A stretch of 64,000 nucleotides of DNA from Collinsella sp. (GCA_048430645.1 DBFOME010000039.1:432-64431); one strand, 5' to 3'; shown: positions 39,449 through 49,197, counted from the stretch's first letter. Program-made: numbers and translations. Notes: generated by a model from the letters alone, not told the origin.

Positions 39449-41077
39449 CTATTTCTCGTAGACGACCTTACCGGCGATCACCGTAAGCTCAGCCGTGGCG
39501 CCGAGAACCTCTGCCGGCTCGCAGGTAAAGAGATTGCGGTCGAGTACGCAGATGTCGGCTTGCTTGCCGCAGGCGAGTGTGCCGATGCGGTCCTCAGCAT
39601 GCATAGCGTAGGCAGCGCCGTAGGTGTATGCGCGCAGGGCCTCGGCCATGGTGATTCGCTCCTCGGGGAACCAACCCTCAGGATTAGATCCGTCCTCGAG
39701 CATGCGATAGACCGCGCCATAGACCTCCTCCATAGGCTCAAGCCCCACAACCGGGAAGTCGGAGCCCAAATGCACGCAGGCACCGCTCGCAAGCAGGCTA
39801 TGAATTGGCCACGAGAGCGCCGCGCGCTCGGGGCCAACGGCGTCGTCCTTTGCCAAGTCGGCCATATCAAGCAGCATATGCCACGGCTGCATGGCCGGAC
39901 AGACGCCGAGTCCCGCATAGCGCGGCAAATCCTCAGGTTGAACAGTCTCGTTGTGCTCCATGGAGTGACGACAGCCCATAAGACCGTAACGCTTCTCACC
40001 CTCCTCGAAGCAGTCCAGGATAAAGCGTACGGAACGATCGCCTATGGCATGGATGCGCGTGTCGACACCCCACTCAAGCGCTTTAAGGATTGCTTTGCGC
40101 ACGCGCTCTGGATCCTCAGCCGGCTCGCCACAGGTCTCGGGAGCATTAGCATAGGGCTCGAGCATCCAAGCAGTATGATCGGAACACACGCCGTCAATGA
40201 ACTGCTTAAAGCCATGCCACTCGACTTGCGTGCCCGGGAAGTCGTATTTCGCCCGAATCTCCTCGAGCGTCATGGCCTCGTTCTCAAAAAGGTCTGTGTA
40301 CATGAACACGCGCAACGGATGCTCGCCCTTGCGGTTGAGTTCCGCAAGGAATTTATAGGGGTTATCCATGCTCACAAAAGTGGGGTTAACCATGCCGACT
40401 GTTGTAATGCCGAGAGCGTTGGCGCGATGCGCAGTCTTGGCAAAGGAAGCACTAGCCACCTCGGGGGCAGGATTGTATACCTCATCCATTAAAAGGGCTC
40501 CCGCGTTGTTCGAGAAGACCCCAGTGGGGTTGCCAGCTTCATCCTTAAGAATCTTGCCGCCTGATGGGTCTGGCGTTTCAGCAGTAACGCCGATTTTCTC
40601 GATTGCACAGGTGTTGGCACTAAACGTGTGCATGTCAACCTGCTGCAAAAAGACCGGACGGTCCGAAATGTACTCATCGATCATTGTCGCCGTAGGCATC
40701 TCGGGCACGTCCCACTGGAACTGGATAACCTGACAGCCCACGATCCACTCGTTGTTCGGGTGGTCTTTGGCAAACGCCTGCACGCGTTCCATACACTGCT
40801 CGAAGCTTGTGCAATCGATGAGATTGACGGCGAAATCGGGATCGGTCAAAAAGGCGCCCTGGGCATAGTGAGTGTGTGAATCGATAATGCCAGGCATGAC
40901 GAGCTTATCGCCATAGTCGCGCACCTCGGTATCGGACCCGATAAAAGCGTCGAGATACTTATCTTCGCCGCACGCAACAATTCTGTCACCCGCGATGGCA
41001 ACGCCGCCCTTGAACGGTGCCAGCCCGTCACCAGTGAACACAGCATTACTTTTGATGACTAAATCCGCTTTGTCCAT
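39449..41077 (-). CDS. Amidohydro_3 (YtcJ-like) metal-dependent hydrolase, cytoplasmic
   Basis: PGIIDSHTHY HxH motif and no signal peptide. GAGGAGG SD before ATG 41077; the ORF-track start 41254 is upstream. Confidence 0.8.
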   Translation of the reverse strand: MDKADLVIKSNAVFTGDGLAPFKGGVAIAGDRIVACGEDKYLDAFIGSDTEVRDYGDKLVMPGIIDSHTHYAQGAFLTDPDFAVNLIDCTSFEQCMERVQAFAKDHPNNEWIVGCQVIQFQWDVPEMPTATMIDEYISDRPVFLQQVDMHTFSANTCAIEKIGVTAETPDPSGGKILKDEAGNPTGVFSNNAGALLMDEVYNPAPEVASASFAKTAHRANALGITTVGMVNPTFVSMDNPYKFLAELNRKGEHPLRVFMYTDLFENEAMTLEEIRAKYDFPGTQVEWHGFKQFIDGVCSDHTAWMLEPYANAPETCGEPAEDPERVRKAILKALEWGVDTRIHAIGDRSVRFILDCFEEGEKRYGLMGCRHSMEHNETVQPEDLPRYAGLGVCPAMQPWHMLLDMADLAKDDAVGPERAALSWPIHSLLASGACVHLGSDFPVVGLEPMEEVYGAVYRMLEDGSNPEGWFPEERITMAEALRAYTYGAAYAMHAEDRIGTLACGKQADICVLDRNLFTCEPAEVLGATAELTVIAGKVVYEK

Positions 41078-41383
41078 ATGAGCCTCCTCAGACGTTACAG
41101 GACAATGGATAAGCGCCACGATACGGCGCGCCCAATCGGTGAGGGAGCATTTGCCGCCCCCTCGTGACACGTGCCTACAGGCAATTGGGCGTCTGTCCAG
41201 CGCCCTACGCCCCGCGTCAACACCCATTGACGCACCTCCAGCACAAGCTGCCAAGATGGAACCGAGCGAACGGACGGATTAAGCAGGTTTACACGTCTGA
41301 ACAGGTATTTTATTGTCTAAGTTTATTGTCGCTTCTTTACGCCGAGCAGTCTGCGATACACCGTCAGCCGGACCACTCCAGCC

Positions 41384-42376
41384 TCACGAGCGCCAGAATG
41401 CCTCAATCAAGTCGTCACGCGCCTTGACTTCGCTCTTTACATAGATGCGATGCAGGTGAGCCTTGACGGTACCCGGACTAATCACAAGTTCATTAGCAAT
41501 ATTTTGGACATCGAGTCCACGCAATACGAGTGTAAGCACTTCCTGTTCGCGCTTTGAAAGCCCATGCTCGTCCGAGAAAATCACAACACGCGAGACAAGG
41601 TCCTCCCGTGCATCACGGCGCTCTGTCGCTACCTCTTCATCGGCACGAGGGTGACGCGAGAACACACGTAAGATATGGCTGAACTGTTTAAATAGCTGAA
41701 CGGCTGCAGCCACAAACAATAAATTCTCTGAGATATTCCGCTCGCCCAGATACCATAAAAAGGCGCTCACTATCACGTTGTCAACGTCAGGCGTGCAGAA
41801 TAGGATCATATAGGTATCCTCGATAACCACCATCACGGTAAGCACGCAGGCTATGCGAAAGAACGTCCGAGAGCGCTCAAGATCGAGCCGCTCAGCCCTA
41901 TTCTCCGTCTTGCGATAGCGGGCGTAAGCATATACCAAGCAGAATGCCATTCCCAAATCGCGCACAAGCCAAAAAAGATATTGCTGAATCTGGCTCGCAA
42001 AGCCAGTACGAGGTACCAGAGCAAGCTGAAGCACGGCGATCGGTACGACATATGCGGCAACACGCTTAACGGTTACCTCATCGTGTAAGCGAAACGTTAC
42101 CCAAAGCCATACGCACGCAAGAATCGCCACGCCCAGCGCGCAGCGCAGTAACGGATGTTGAAGCGGCTCATTAAACGTCACCACATAGTCATATTTGAGC
42201 CGGTTGTACTCATCAAAGAAGATCACCGACATATCGAAGACATAGAGAAGGAAGCCCGCGGCCGCCACCAAACAATCGCGTCGACGAGTCATGAGCCATA
42301 TTACGAGTGCAGTTGATGCCGTTACCAATCCAATGCCCATGACAAGAATCGTGTAGATAAAGAATGCGAAGCTCAT
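41384..42376 (-). CDS. Membrane-anchored LuxR-family regulator (AguR-like architecture)
   Basis: About 7 predicted TM helices, then KREQEVLTLVLRGLDVQNIANELVISPGTVKAHLHRIYVK. ATG at 42376. Confidence 0.8.
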   Translation of the reverse strand: MSFAFFIYTILVMGIGLVTASTALVIWLMTRRRDCLVAAAGFLLYVFDMSVIFFDEYNRLKYDYVVTFNEPLQHPLLRCALGVAILACVWLWVTFRLHDEVTVKRVAAYVVPIAVLQLALVPRTGFASQIQQYLFWLVRDLGMAFCLVYAYARYRKTENRAERLDLERSRTFFRIACVLTVMVVIEDTYMILFCTPDVDNVIVSAFLWYLGERNISENLLFVAAAVQLFKQFSHILRVFSRHPRADEEVATERRDAREDLVSRVVIFSDEHGLSKREQEVLTLVLRGLDVQNIANELVISPGTVKAHLHRIYVKSEVKARDDLIEAFWRS

Positions 42377-42465
42377 ACTACCCTCATTCCGCGCACAACC
42401 AGCTTGATTCCGCATTACGGTTATGGTAGAAACATCGACGAATACCAAGATCGAAAGGAGATGCC

Positions 42466-42657
42466 ATGGCGCCGATTACACCGCTCAAGATTATTGTCGC
42501 GCCTGCCGCCAAGGCCATCGCCAAGATCGGTTCGACCATGACCTATGATGACGTTCCTTGCATCGTTGATGAGCGCAACGACAGTTGCCCTTACCTGGGC
42601 CACGTCCCCTACTTTGCGCCTAAGCTTTCCTCTTCACTCGACCAGCGCAACTGTTAG
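42466..42657 (+). CDS. Hypothetical 63-aa protein, divergent from the membrane LuxR gene
   Basis: AAAGGAG SD 5 nt before ATG 42466. Translation: MAPITPLKIIVAPAAKAIAKIGSTMTYDDVPCIVDERNDSCPYLGHVPYFAPKLSSSLDQRNC. No family recognised. Confidence 0.4.
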   Translation: MAPITPLKIIVAPAAKAIAKIGSTMTYDDVPCIVDERNDSCPYLGHVPYFAPKLSSSLDQRNC

Positions 42658-42756
42658 CATAACCTTCACGATTGCCGCAGTAATCCTCGCAGCAATTTAT
42701 TAACTTGGAAGCAACCCCTGTTTTAACCCCGTGCCGGTGGGCCAAGCCCCTCACGG

Positions 42757-44148
42757 TTAGCGTTTTCTATACACGCCAACGCCGGGATTATCGACACTGC
42801 GGCCGCGGCGCGATATGAGGCGCGAAACCTCGCCCAGCAACACGGCGATCACCACACCCATGAGAATGGGCAACTTTGCCATTTCGGCGGGTGAGCCGTT
42901 GAGCGGCACAATCGTAGCGACAATCGAAAGCACAAGCTCCACCACGGGAATCGCAAGTGCCACCGCAAGCACCTTGCCCTCGAAGGGCGCGCGGAACACG
43001 CGCGGGCGATCGTCATATTTGCGCAGGCGCCAAAACGCTGGGAACATCGGGATATAGCTCATAAGCAGGAAGACGACGTTCATCGAGAAGAAAACCCAAA
43101 AGACGTCGGAGCCCTCGCCCAGCGGAATCTGAAGCAGTAGCACCAAGCTGGCAAAGCAACCGTTAATGAGCGCCGAGCCGTTGGGCATGCCGGTCTTCTT
43201 GGACACCAGCGCAAAGGGACGCGGCATATTGCCATGACGCGCGGCATAGCTCGCCACGTTGTTAACGCCAAAGCTCCAGCAAATCATGTTGGCGAACAGC
43301 GTCACCAAAAAGGCCACGCCCACGACCATCGTCAACGGATGGCTGCGCCCCAACATGGCGGCGACCGCGTCCACAATGCCCGAATCGAGCGAAAGCTGCT
43401 CGGTGGGAACCGCGGCTCCAATGCCGACGCCGCAGATAATGTAGATCGCCGCAATGGCAACGCCACCAGCGATAACCGCCTTGGGGATATCGCGCGATGG
43501 GTTTTTCATCGTGCTGGCAAAGGTCGCGACCACTTCGAAGCCCATAAAGTTGAACAGGATGATCGATAGGTACGTCAACGAATTGGTGTCGCCCAAATCT
43601 GGAATGAAAGTCTTAAACGACATGTCGTTGGCAAAGCCGTTATTGCAGGCAAACCAGATGCCGACGATTCCCACCACGGCGGTAATGAGCACCTTGATGA
43701 CGGCACCGCCGTCCATGACCCAATCGGCCTCGGCCACCGGGTGCATCGCCATGACCGTAACGCCCCACACAAAGGCAAGCTCGATGGCAATTCGAACCCC
43801 GAGCGAAAACTCGATGCCCCATACCGCATTGATGACACTGGGGAACATGCAGGCGATACTTGCCACCCACAGCGGAAAGTTAACCCAGTAGCACCAGGAG
43901 CAACGGGCGCCCCAACGGTCGCCCAAGCCCAGGCGAACCCAATCGTACAGGCCGCCCTCGGAATCGAACGCCGTACCGAGCTCGGCCACCACCAGGCCAT
44001 AGGGAAGCAAAAACGTAATGATGAGGAAGATCCACCAGAAGAACTGCACGTTACCCATGGCAGACGCCGGAGCAGCCGCCTCGATGGTAAAGACAACGCA
44101 GATAACCGAGAGGATGACCTCGAACAGGGAGAACTTTTTACCTACCAT
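42757..44148 (-). CDS. APC superfamily amino acid/polyamine permease (candidate agmatine:putrescine antiporter)
   Basis: 12-TM protein with a YjeM/AguD-like N-terminal block FFWWIFLIITFLLPYGLVVAELGTAF..GGLYDWV. Lies in the AgDI gene context. Confidence 0.8.
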   Translation of the reverse strand: MVGKKFSLFEVILSVICVVFTIEAAAPASAMGNVQFFWWIFLIITFLLPYGLVVAELGTAFDSEGGLYDWVRLGLGDRWGARCSWCYWVNFPLWVASIACMFPSVINAVWGIEFSLGVRIAIELAFVWGVTVMAMHPVAEADWVMDGGAVIKVLITAVVGIVGIWFACNNGFANDMSFKTFIPDLGDTNSLTYLSIILFNFMGFEVVATFASTMKNPSRDIPKAVIAGGVAIAAIYIICGVGIGAAVPTEQLSLDSGIVDAVAAMLGRSHPLTMVVGVAFLVTLFANMICWSFGVNNVASYAARHGNMPRPFALVSKKTGMPNGSALINGCFASLVLLLQIPLGEGSDVFWVFFSMNVVFLLMSYIPMFPAFWRLRKYDDRPRVFRAPFEGKVLAVALAIPVVELVLSIVATIVPLNGSPAEMAKLPILMGVVIAVLLGEVSRLISRRGRSVDNPGVGVYRKR

Positions 44149-44320
44149 GGCACGCCCCCCCTACAGTAAAAAGGATGGCATCTGTACCGAAGGCGCAGCC
44201 CAAGGTAGGGTTGCAGGCCGCGTCACCGGTGCAGGTGCCATCCCAAAGGGAAGAGAGGATGCAATTGTTGGACCAACGCTCGCGGAACAGGCGCGTGTAG
44301 ATAACGATACGCTGGTACAT
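44138..44320 (-). CDS. 60-codon Cys-rich upstream ORF overlapping the APC permease start by 11 nt
   Basis: GGAG SD 5 nt before ATG 44320. Translation: MYQRIVIYTRLFRERWSNNCILSSLWDGTCTGDAACNPTLGCAFGTDAILFTVGGACHGR. GC3-rich codons. Stop TAA at 44140-44138 lies inside the permease's first codons. Confidence 0.45.
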   Translation of the reverse strand: MYQRIVIYTRLFRERWSNNCILSSLWDGTCTGDAACNPTLGCAFGTDAILFTVGGACHGR

Positions 44321-44369
44321 AGATACTCCGATCAAAACGGTCGCGCTCGCAACCGGAAACTATCAGCAA

Positions 44370-44450
44370 TTGAATACGCGTCTGACCTGGGAAATTCAAG
44401 CGAACAATTGGCCTAACCCGCAATAAATCCCAGATCAGACGCGTATTCAA
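44370..44450. repeat. 23-bp inverted repeat (35-nt spacer) upstream of the uORF/permease unit
   Basis: TTGAATACGCGTCTGACCTGGGA (44370-44392) / TCCCAGATCAGACGCGTATTCAA (44428-44450), 1 mismatch. Confidence 0.65.
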
Positions 44451-44454
44451 TCAA

Positions 44455-44494
44455 AGAAAAAGGGCACTCCGATGTGGAGGCAACGGAGTGCCCA
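44455..44494 (-). terminator. Rho-independent terminator after agmatine deiminase paralog 2
   Basis: The minus strand reads GGGCACTCCG-TTGCCTCCACAT-CGGAGTGCCC followed by TTTTTCTTTG. Confidence 0.7.
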
Positions 44495-44550
44495 AAGAAA
44501 AGCCAGCCGATCAATCAGGTAGCCCTGTTCGCTTGACCGGCTGGGTTTTC

Positions 44551-44634
44551 GAGGTGCCCCAGGTCGCCGCGAAAGAGGAGCGAAGCGTACTTCGGTACGC
44601 GAGCAACGGCTTGAGCGGCGAGATGGGGTGCCTC
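44551..44634. repeat. Repeat module related to the central part of family-2 copy 2
   Basis: Outer arms GAGGTGCCCCA / TGGGGTGCCTC. The core CGAAAGAGGAGCGAAGCGTACTTCGGTACGCGA is the near-exact reverse complement of 50241-50275. Confidence 0.65.
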
Positions 44635-44648
44635 AGGAAGCCAGACGA

Positions 44649-45854
44649 TTAAGCGGACGGCTCCTGCTGGGTAATGCAGTGGATATTGCCGCCGCCGAAG
44701 ACGACCTGCTCGGACTGAACGCCAACGCACTTGTAGACGCCCTCGCCCCAGACCTCGTCATAGATCTTCTGGAGCGTGTCGACGGCCAGCTGGTCGTTCT
44801 CGTCGCCGTACTGCGGGACGATAACGCCGTGGTTGGTGACCAGGTAGTTCATGTAGGAAGCGATCAGCGGCTCGTCGGGAACGCGCGGCTCGGCGTTCTC
44901 GTCGGCGTCGATGGTGTCGCAGGAAGCCTGGTCCATGAACAGCGGGTTCACGGGCATGCAGAGCTTGTAGACCTTCAGCTTGCGGCCCTTGGCGTCAACG
45001 GCGTTGGAGAGGGTCTCGTAGGCAGCGTGGCACTGATCATAGAACGGGTACTCGGGGTCGTCGGTCCAGATGCAGGCCATGACGCCCGGGGCGATGAACG
45101 TGGCGACGTCGTCGATGTGACCGTTGGTCTCCTCGGGATCGATGCCCTCCTTGACCCAGATGACCTTCTCGACGCCCAGGTAGTCCTTGAGGTGCTCGTC
45201 CATGTAGGCGCGGAGCTCCTCGCTCCAGGGCTCGAACTTCTTGCGGTACTTGGGCCAGATGGACTCGGGGTCCTCTTCCTCCTCCAGAACCGCGGAGCAG
45301 GTGCGGCCCGGGGAGAGCAGGCACTGGTCGGTCACGACGAGGGTGCCCTCGCCGTCGACGGTGATGGAGCCGCCCTCGAGGATCATGTCGTCGGGGCGGT
45401 AGCGGCGGCAGCCGGAGAGCTCAGCCATCTTAAGGGCGATCTGCTCGTCCTTGTCCCACGGGAAATAGAGGCCGTCGACGAGGCCGCCGTAGGCGTTGAA
45501 GTGCCAGTGGTTGGCGCGCTTCTCGCCCTTGCCGTTGATGACGTAGGTGGCGGCGGTGTCGCGGAACCAGGCGTCGTCGGTGGTCATCTCGATGACGGTG
45601 ACGTTCTCGTCGTTCTCGAAGACGGCCTTGCAGTTGGCATAGTCGACCTGGTTGGCGCACATATAGACCGGGGTGAACTCGGAGATGGCGCGGGCGATGG
45701 CGGCATACTGCTTCTGAGCAGGCTTGGCGCCGTGGGCCCAGGTGTCGGTGCGGTGGGGCCAGCCCATCCACACGCGATCCTGCGGGGCGAACTCGGCGGG
45801 CATGAAGAAGCCGTCGGCCTTGGGGGTGGACTCGGACTCGGTGATCGTACGCAT
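44649..45854 (-). CDS. aguA: Agmatine deiminase family protein, paralog 2 (with a ~24-aa acidic insertion)
   Basis: FFMPAEFAPQDRVWMGWP, DAWFRDTAA and GGGNIHCITQQ. GGAGGA SD before ATG 45854. The insertion SPGRTCSAVLEEEEDPESIWPKYRKKFEPWSEEL is relative to paralog 1. Confidence 0.85.
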   Translation of the reverse strand: MRTITESESTPKADGFFMPAEFAPQDRVWMGWPHRTDTWAHGAKPAQKQYAAIARAISEFTPVYMCANQVDYANCKAVFENDENVTVIEMTTDDAWFRDTAATYVINGKGEKRANHWHFNAYGGLVDGLYFPWDKDEQIALKMAELSGCRRYRPDDMILEGGSITVDGEGTLVVTDQCLLSPGRTCSAVLEEEEDPESIWPKYRKKFEPWSEELRAYMDEHLKDYLGVEKVIWVKEGIDPEETNGHIDDVATFIAPGVMACIWTDDPEYPFYDQCHAAYETLSNAVDAKGRKLKVYKLCMPVNPLFMDQASCDTIDADENAEPRVPDEPLIASYMNYLVTNHGVIVPQYGDENDQLAVDTLQKIYDEVWGEGVYKCVGVQSEQVVFGGGNIHCITQQEPSA

Positions 45855-46221
45855 AAGATTTCCTCCAAATCGAACGATCGTTTGCCGCGGGCGGGTTACC
45901 CGCAGCCTAAAACCAAGAGATGGTAGGCGCCCGTTCCCCGGCAAAGGTCGGGGCGCCCGGCGCCGGTTTTCACGGAGTCGCACCGGCAAGCGACGACGTA
46001 ACCCGGTGCGCGGAGACAAAACGCACGAAGGATACGGAAGAGAGATTGGGGTGGGCGGTGGTTACCGGAGCAATAGCTCACACCCACCCCAGGGAATGGT
46101 TAGCAAACCTGTCGCTTGGGCACGCCTCCGAAGAGGCCGGAGTGCCCGGAGTCGGGAGCGACAAGCCCGACGAAGCGCACGTTGGTACGCGAGGAGGGTC
46201 GGAGTCCCAGAACCGGGTGCT

Positions 46222-47661
46222 CTAGTTCTCCTCGGCCTCGGCGGCCTCCTCAGCGAGACGCTGGGCTGCGAGCTCAGGGGTCAGACCCTTGTACTCTTCC
46301 TTGCGGCCCTTAGCGCTGACGACGCGGACGACCTCGCCGATGAGCACGAGCACGATGAAGATGACGATCATCGGGACCTTGTCGCCAATTTCAGCGGCGG
46401 AGAACGGTACCAGCGTTGCAACGATGGCAAGAACCAGCTCGATGCAGGGGATGGCGAGCATAACCTTCATCATGGCGCCCTTAAACGGGAACGTGAAGAT
46501 GCGCTCACGGTTCGGGTCGTTCTTACGAAGGTTGAGGAATGCCGGGAACATCGGGATGTAGGTGAGCAGCAGGAAGACGACGGAGGTGCCGAAGAGCATC
46601 CAGAAGACACCGTTGGAGATGGCGTCGATGGGAACGAGCTGCAGGCACAGCACCAGGGAGGCAACGACAGCGTTGACCAGGTTGGCGCCGTTGGGCATGT
46701 CGTCCTCGGAGATCATCGAGGCGAAGACCTTGGGCATGTTGCCGTGCTCGGCAGCGTAGCGAGCGACGGAGTTGACGCCGAAGGACCAAGCAGCCATGTT
46801 AGCGAACAGGGTGATCAGGAAGGCGATGCAGATGACCTTGAAGATCATGGAGTCGCCCACCATGGTCTGGACCGCGACGATCATGCCGTAGTCGGGGTCG
46901 ATGGAGTCGGCCGGCACAGCGGCGCCGATGCCGAAGCCGGCGAACAGGTAGATGACGGCAATAGCCACGCCACCGACAATGATAGCCTTGGGGATATCGC
47001 GAGCGGGATCGGCCATATCATCGGTCATGGTGCAGATGACCTCGAAGCCCATGAAGTTGAAGATGATGATCGACAGATAGCCGAGGGCGTTGGTGTTGGT
47101 GAGCTCGGGCAGGAAGGTGGCGGCGGACATGTCGTTCGCAAAACCGTTCTCCATGGCATACCAGATGCCCAGAGCGCCGACGATAACGGCAACGGCGACC
47201 TTGATGATGGCGCCACCGTTGAGGACCCACTCGGAGTCGGCGGCCTTGGAGCGGCCCATGAGGTAGACGATCCACACGAAGGCGAGCTCGATAACCATCT
47301 TGGCGATCAGGTTGAACTCGACGCCGAAGACCATGCCCAGGATGTCGGGGAACATGGTTGCCAGCGAGGCGATCCACAGGGGGTAGTTGACCCAGTAGTA
47401 GTACGAGATGCGGGCGCCCCACTTGTCGCCCAGGCCATCGCGCACCCAGTCGTAAATGCCGCCCTCGCCGTCATAGGTGGTGCCGAGCTCGGCGACGACC
47501 ATGCCGTAAGGGAGCAGGAAGGTCAGGATCAGGAAGATCCACCAGAAGAACTGCTGGTTGCCGATGGCGGCAGCAGGAGCGGCGGCCTCGCAAACGAAGA
47601 CGACGCAGATGATGGTCGAAATGACCGTCAGGAAGGAAAGCTTTTTCTTTCCGTCACTCAT
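46222..47661 (-). CDS. aguD: APC superfamily permease, paralog 2 (candidate agmatine:putrescine antiporter)
   Basis: Paralogous to 42757-44148 (FFWWIFLILTFLLPYGMVVAELGTTY..GGIYDWV). Sits between ptcA and aguA, as in AgDI operons. Confidence 0.75.
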   Translation of the reverse strand: MSDGKKKLSFLTVISTIICVVFVCEAAAPAAAIGNQQFFWWIFLILTFLLPYGMVVAELGTTYDGEGGIYDWVRDGLGDKWGARISYYYWVNYPLWIASLATMFPDILGMVFGVEFNLIAKMVIELAFVWIVYLMGRSKAADSEWVLNGGAIIKVAVAVIVGALGIWYAMENGFANDMSAATFLPELTNTNALGYLSIIIFNFMGFEVICTMTDDMADPARDIPKAIIVGGVAIAVIYLFAGFGIGAAVPADSIDPDYGMIVAVQTMVGDSMIFKVICIAFLITLFANMAAWSFGVNSVARYAAEHGNMPKVFASMISEDDMPNGANLVNAVVASLVLCLQLVPIDAISNGVFWMLFGTSVVFLLLTYIPMFPAFLNLRKNDPNRERIFTFPFKGAMMKVMLAIPCIELVLAIVATLVPFSAAEIGDKVPMIVIFIVLVLIGEVVRVVSAKGRKEEYKGLTPELAAQRLAEEAAEAEEN

Positions 47662-47794
47662 GATGAGCTCCTTCGCTCAGTCTTGGACAGATCCGAGGCC
47701 CTAAGGTATTAAGGCAATTGCTTGGGCCTCGGTGAGCGGGCGACAGGAGACGAGCATCCGCCGCCCGCAAACGTGCTTTTAGAAGCCTTGAGGC

Positions 47795-48868
47795 TTAGAG
47801 CTGCTCGAGAGCCTCGAGAGCGGCGTGGAGCTCAGCCTTGGCGGAGTACTCGACACCCTCGTCGTTGAGCGGAGTACGCTTGCCCAGGGCGGCAAGGAGA
47901 GCACGGATGGAGTGCTTGCGGTTCTCGGCCTCGACCCAGCACAGGGAGCGCTCGGGATCGTCCATGACCTCGTCGACGACTTCCTCGTTGCGGGTGGCCG
48001 GCAGGCAGTGCATGAACTTGGAGTTGGGGCCGGCGAAGTTCATCATGTCCATGGTGACCTGATACTTGGGATAGAACACGTCCATGTAGTTCTCGCCCGA
48101 GACCTCCTCGTCGTACAGGCCATACCACACGTCGGTGTAGATGAAGTCGGCACCCTTGATGCACTCGATGTCGTCGGAGATGACAACCGAGCCGCCGGAG
48201 ACCTTGCAGTTCTCCTCGGCGATGGCCATCATCTGCTTGCCAAACTCGGCGCGCTCCTCGACGGTGCCAACGTGCAGACCGCCGTCGGGGATCTGGTGGC
48301 CCTTAGGTCCAAACTGGACAAACTTCATGCCGACCTTGGAGGCGATGAACATGAGGGAGACGCAGACCTGGGTGGCGTCGCCGATGAAGGCCAGGGTGCA
48401 GTCCTCGATCTTCTTGCCCTCGGGGAGGTTCTCGAGCATGGTCATGAGGTCGCCCATCTCCTGCGTGGGATGGTTGAACTCGGACATGCCGTTGATGACG
48501 GGCACAGCAGAGCCCTCGGCGAGGCCGACGACGTCCTTGTGACGGTCAACGCGAGCCATCATGATGTCGAGCAGCGAGCCCATAACGCGAGCGGTGTCGC
48601 CCAGGGACTCGTGACCGCCGAGCTGGATGGTGCCAGGGCCATAGAACTGAGCATGGCCGCCGAGGTCGGTCATAGCGGTCTCGAAGGAAAGACGAGTGCG
48701 GGTGGAGACCTGCTGGAAGATCATGCCAAGGCTCTTGTTGCGGAGCAGGTGCGGATAATAACCGTCAACCTTGATGGCCTTCTTCATTGCCAGGCCAAGA
48801 TCCTCGATAGCCAGGATCTGCTCTTTGGTGAAGTCGTTGGTGTCGATGAAATCCTTAGGCAGTGCCAT
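47795..48868 (-). CDS. ptcA: Putrescine carbamoyltransferase (OTC/ATC family)
   Basis: STRTR, HPTQ and HCLP motifs. TDVWYGLY replaces the ornithine-binding SMG loop of OTCases (from memory). AgDI gene context. ATG at 48868. Confidence 0.75.
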   Translation of the reverse strand: MALPKDFIDTNDFTKEQILAIEDLGLAMKKAIKVDGYYPHLLRNKSLGMIFQQVSTRTRLSFETAMTDLGGHAQFYGPGTIQLGGHESLGDTARVMGSLLDIMMARVDRHKDVVGLAEGSAVPVINGMSEFNHPTQEMGDLMTMLENLPEGKKIEDCTLAFIGDATQVCVSLMFIASKVGMKFVQFGPKGHQIPDGGLHVGTVEERAEFGKQMMAIAEENCKVSGGSVVISDDIECIKGADFIYTDVWYGLYDEEVSGENYMDVFYPKYQVTMDMMNFAGPNSKFMHCLPATRNEEVVDEVMDDPERSLCWVEAENRKHSIRALLAALGKRTPLNDEGVEYSAKAELHAALEALEQL

Positions 48869-49197
48869 GTCGATTTCCTTTCCGCCGGTCTTGCCGACTA
48901 TTACTATGAGGCGCTCGAACATCACGCCTCGTGTTGACAAGACCATCATTCACCCGTATGCAATTTTTACCTAGTTTATTCGGGATTAAAGACCGTTCAT
49001 GGAGTTACACCCTCTCTAATCCAATATAAACCCGCAGGTCAAGAGTTTACAGGGGGTTTACCGTCTGGAACCGCGAACGGTATACGGCTATGCTGTATCT
49101 TGGTGTCTAATCCGCAATGGAACGACCGGCTGAGACATATATACCCCGGGAGATATAGCGGGCTCCATAAGAGACAAATGAGACAGGACGGTGACAG

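Noticed and set aside
44138-44320. Idea that the Cys/Ser/Thr-rich 60-aa ORF is a lanthipeptide or RiPP precursor.
   Set aside because: No LanM/LanBC, radical-SAM maturase, protease or dedicated exporter is adjacent. The overlap with the permease start fits a leader or uORF role better.
45855-46221. Guanidine (ykkC, mini-ykkC, ykkC-III) riboswitch or T-box in the aguA-2 leader.
   Set aside because: I could not find the conserved ACGR loops, the GGGA/UCCC pairs or the T-box GGUGGUACCGCG-type sequence on the transcribed (minus) strand. The only T-box-like string is on the wrong strand. An Infernal scan would be needed for certainty.
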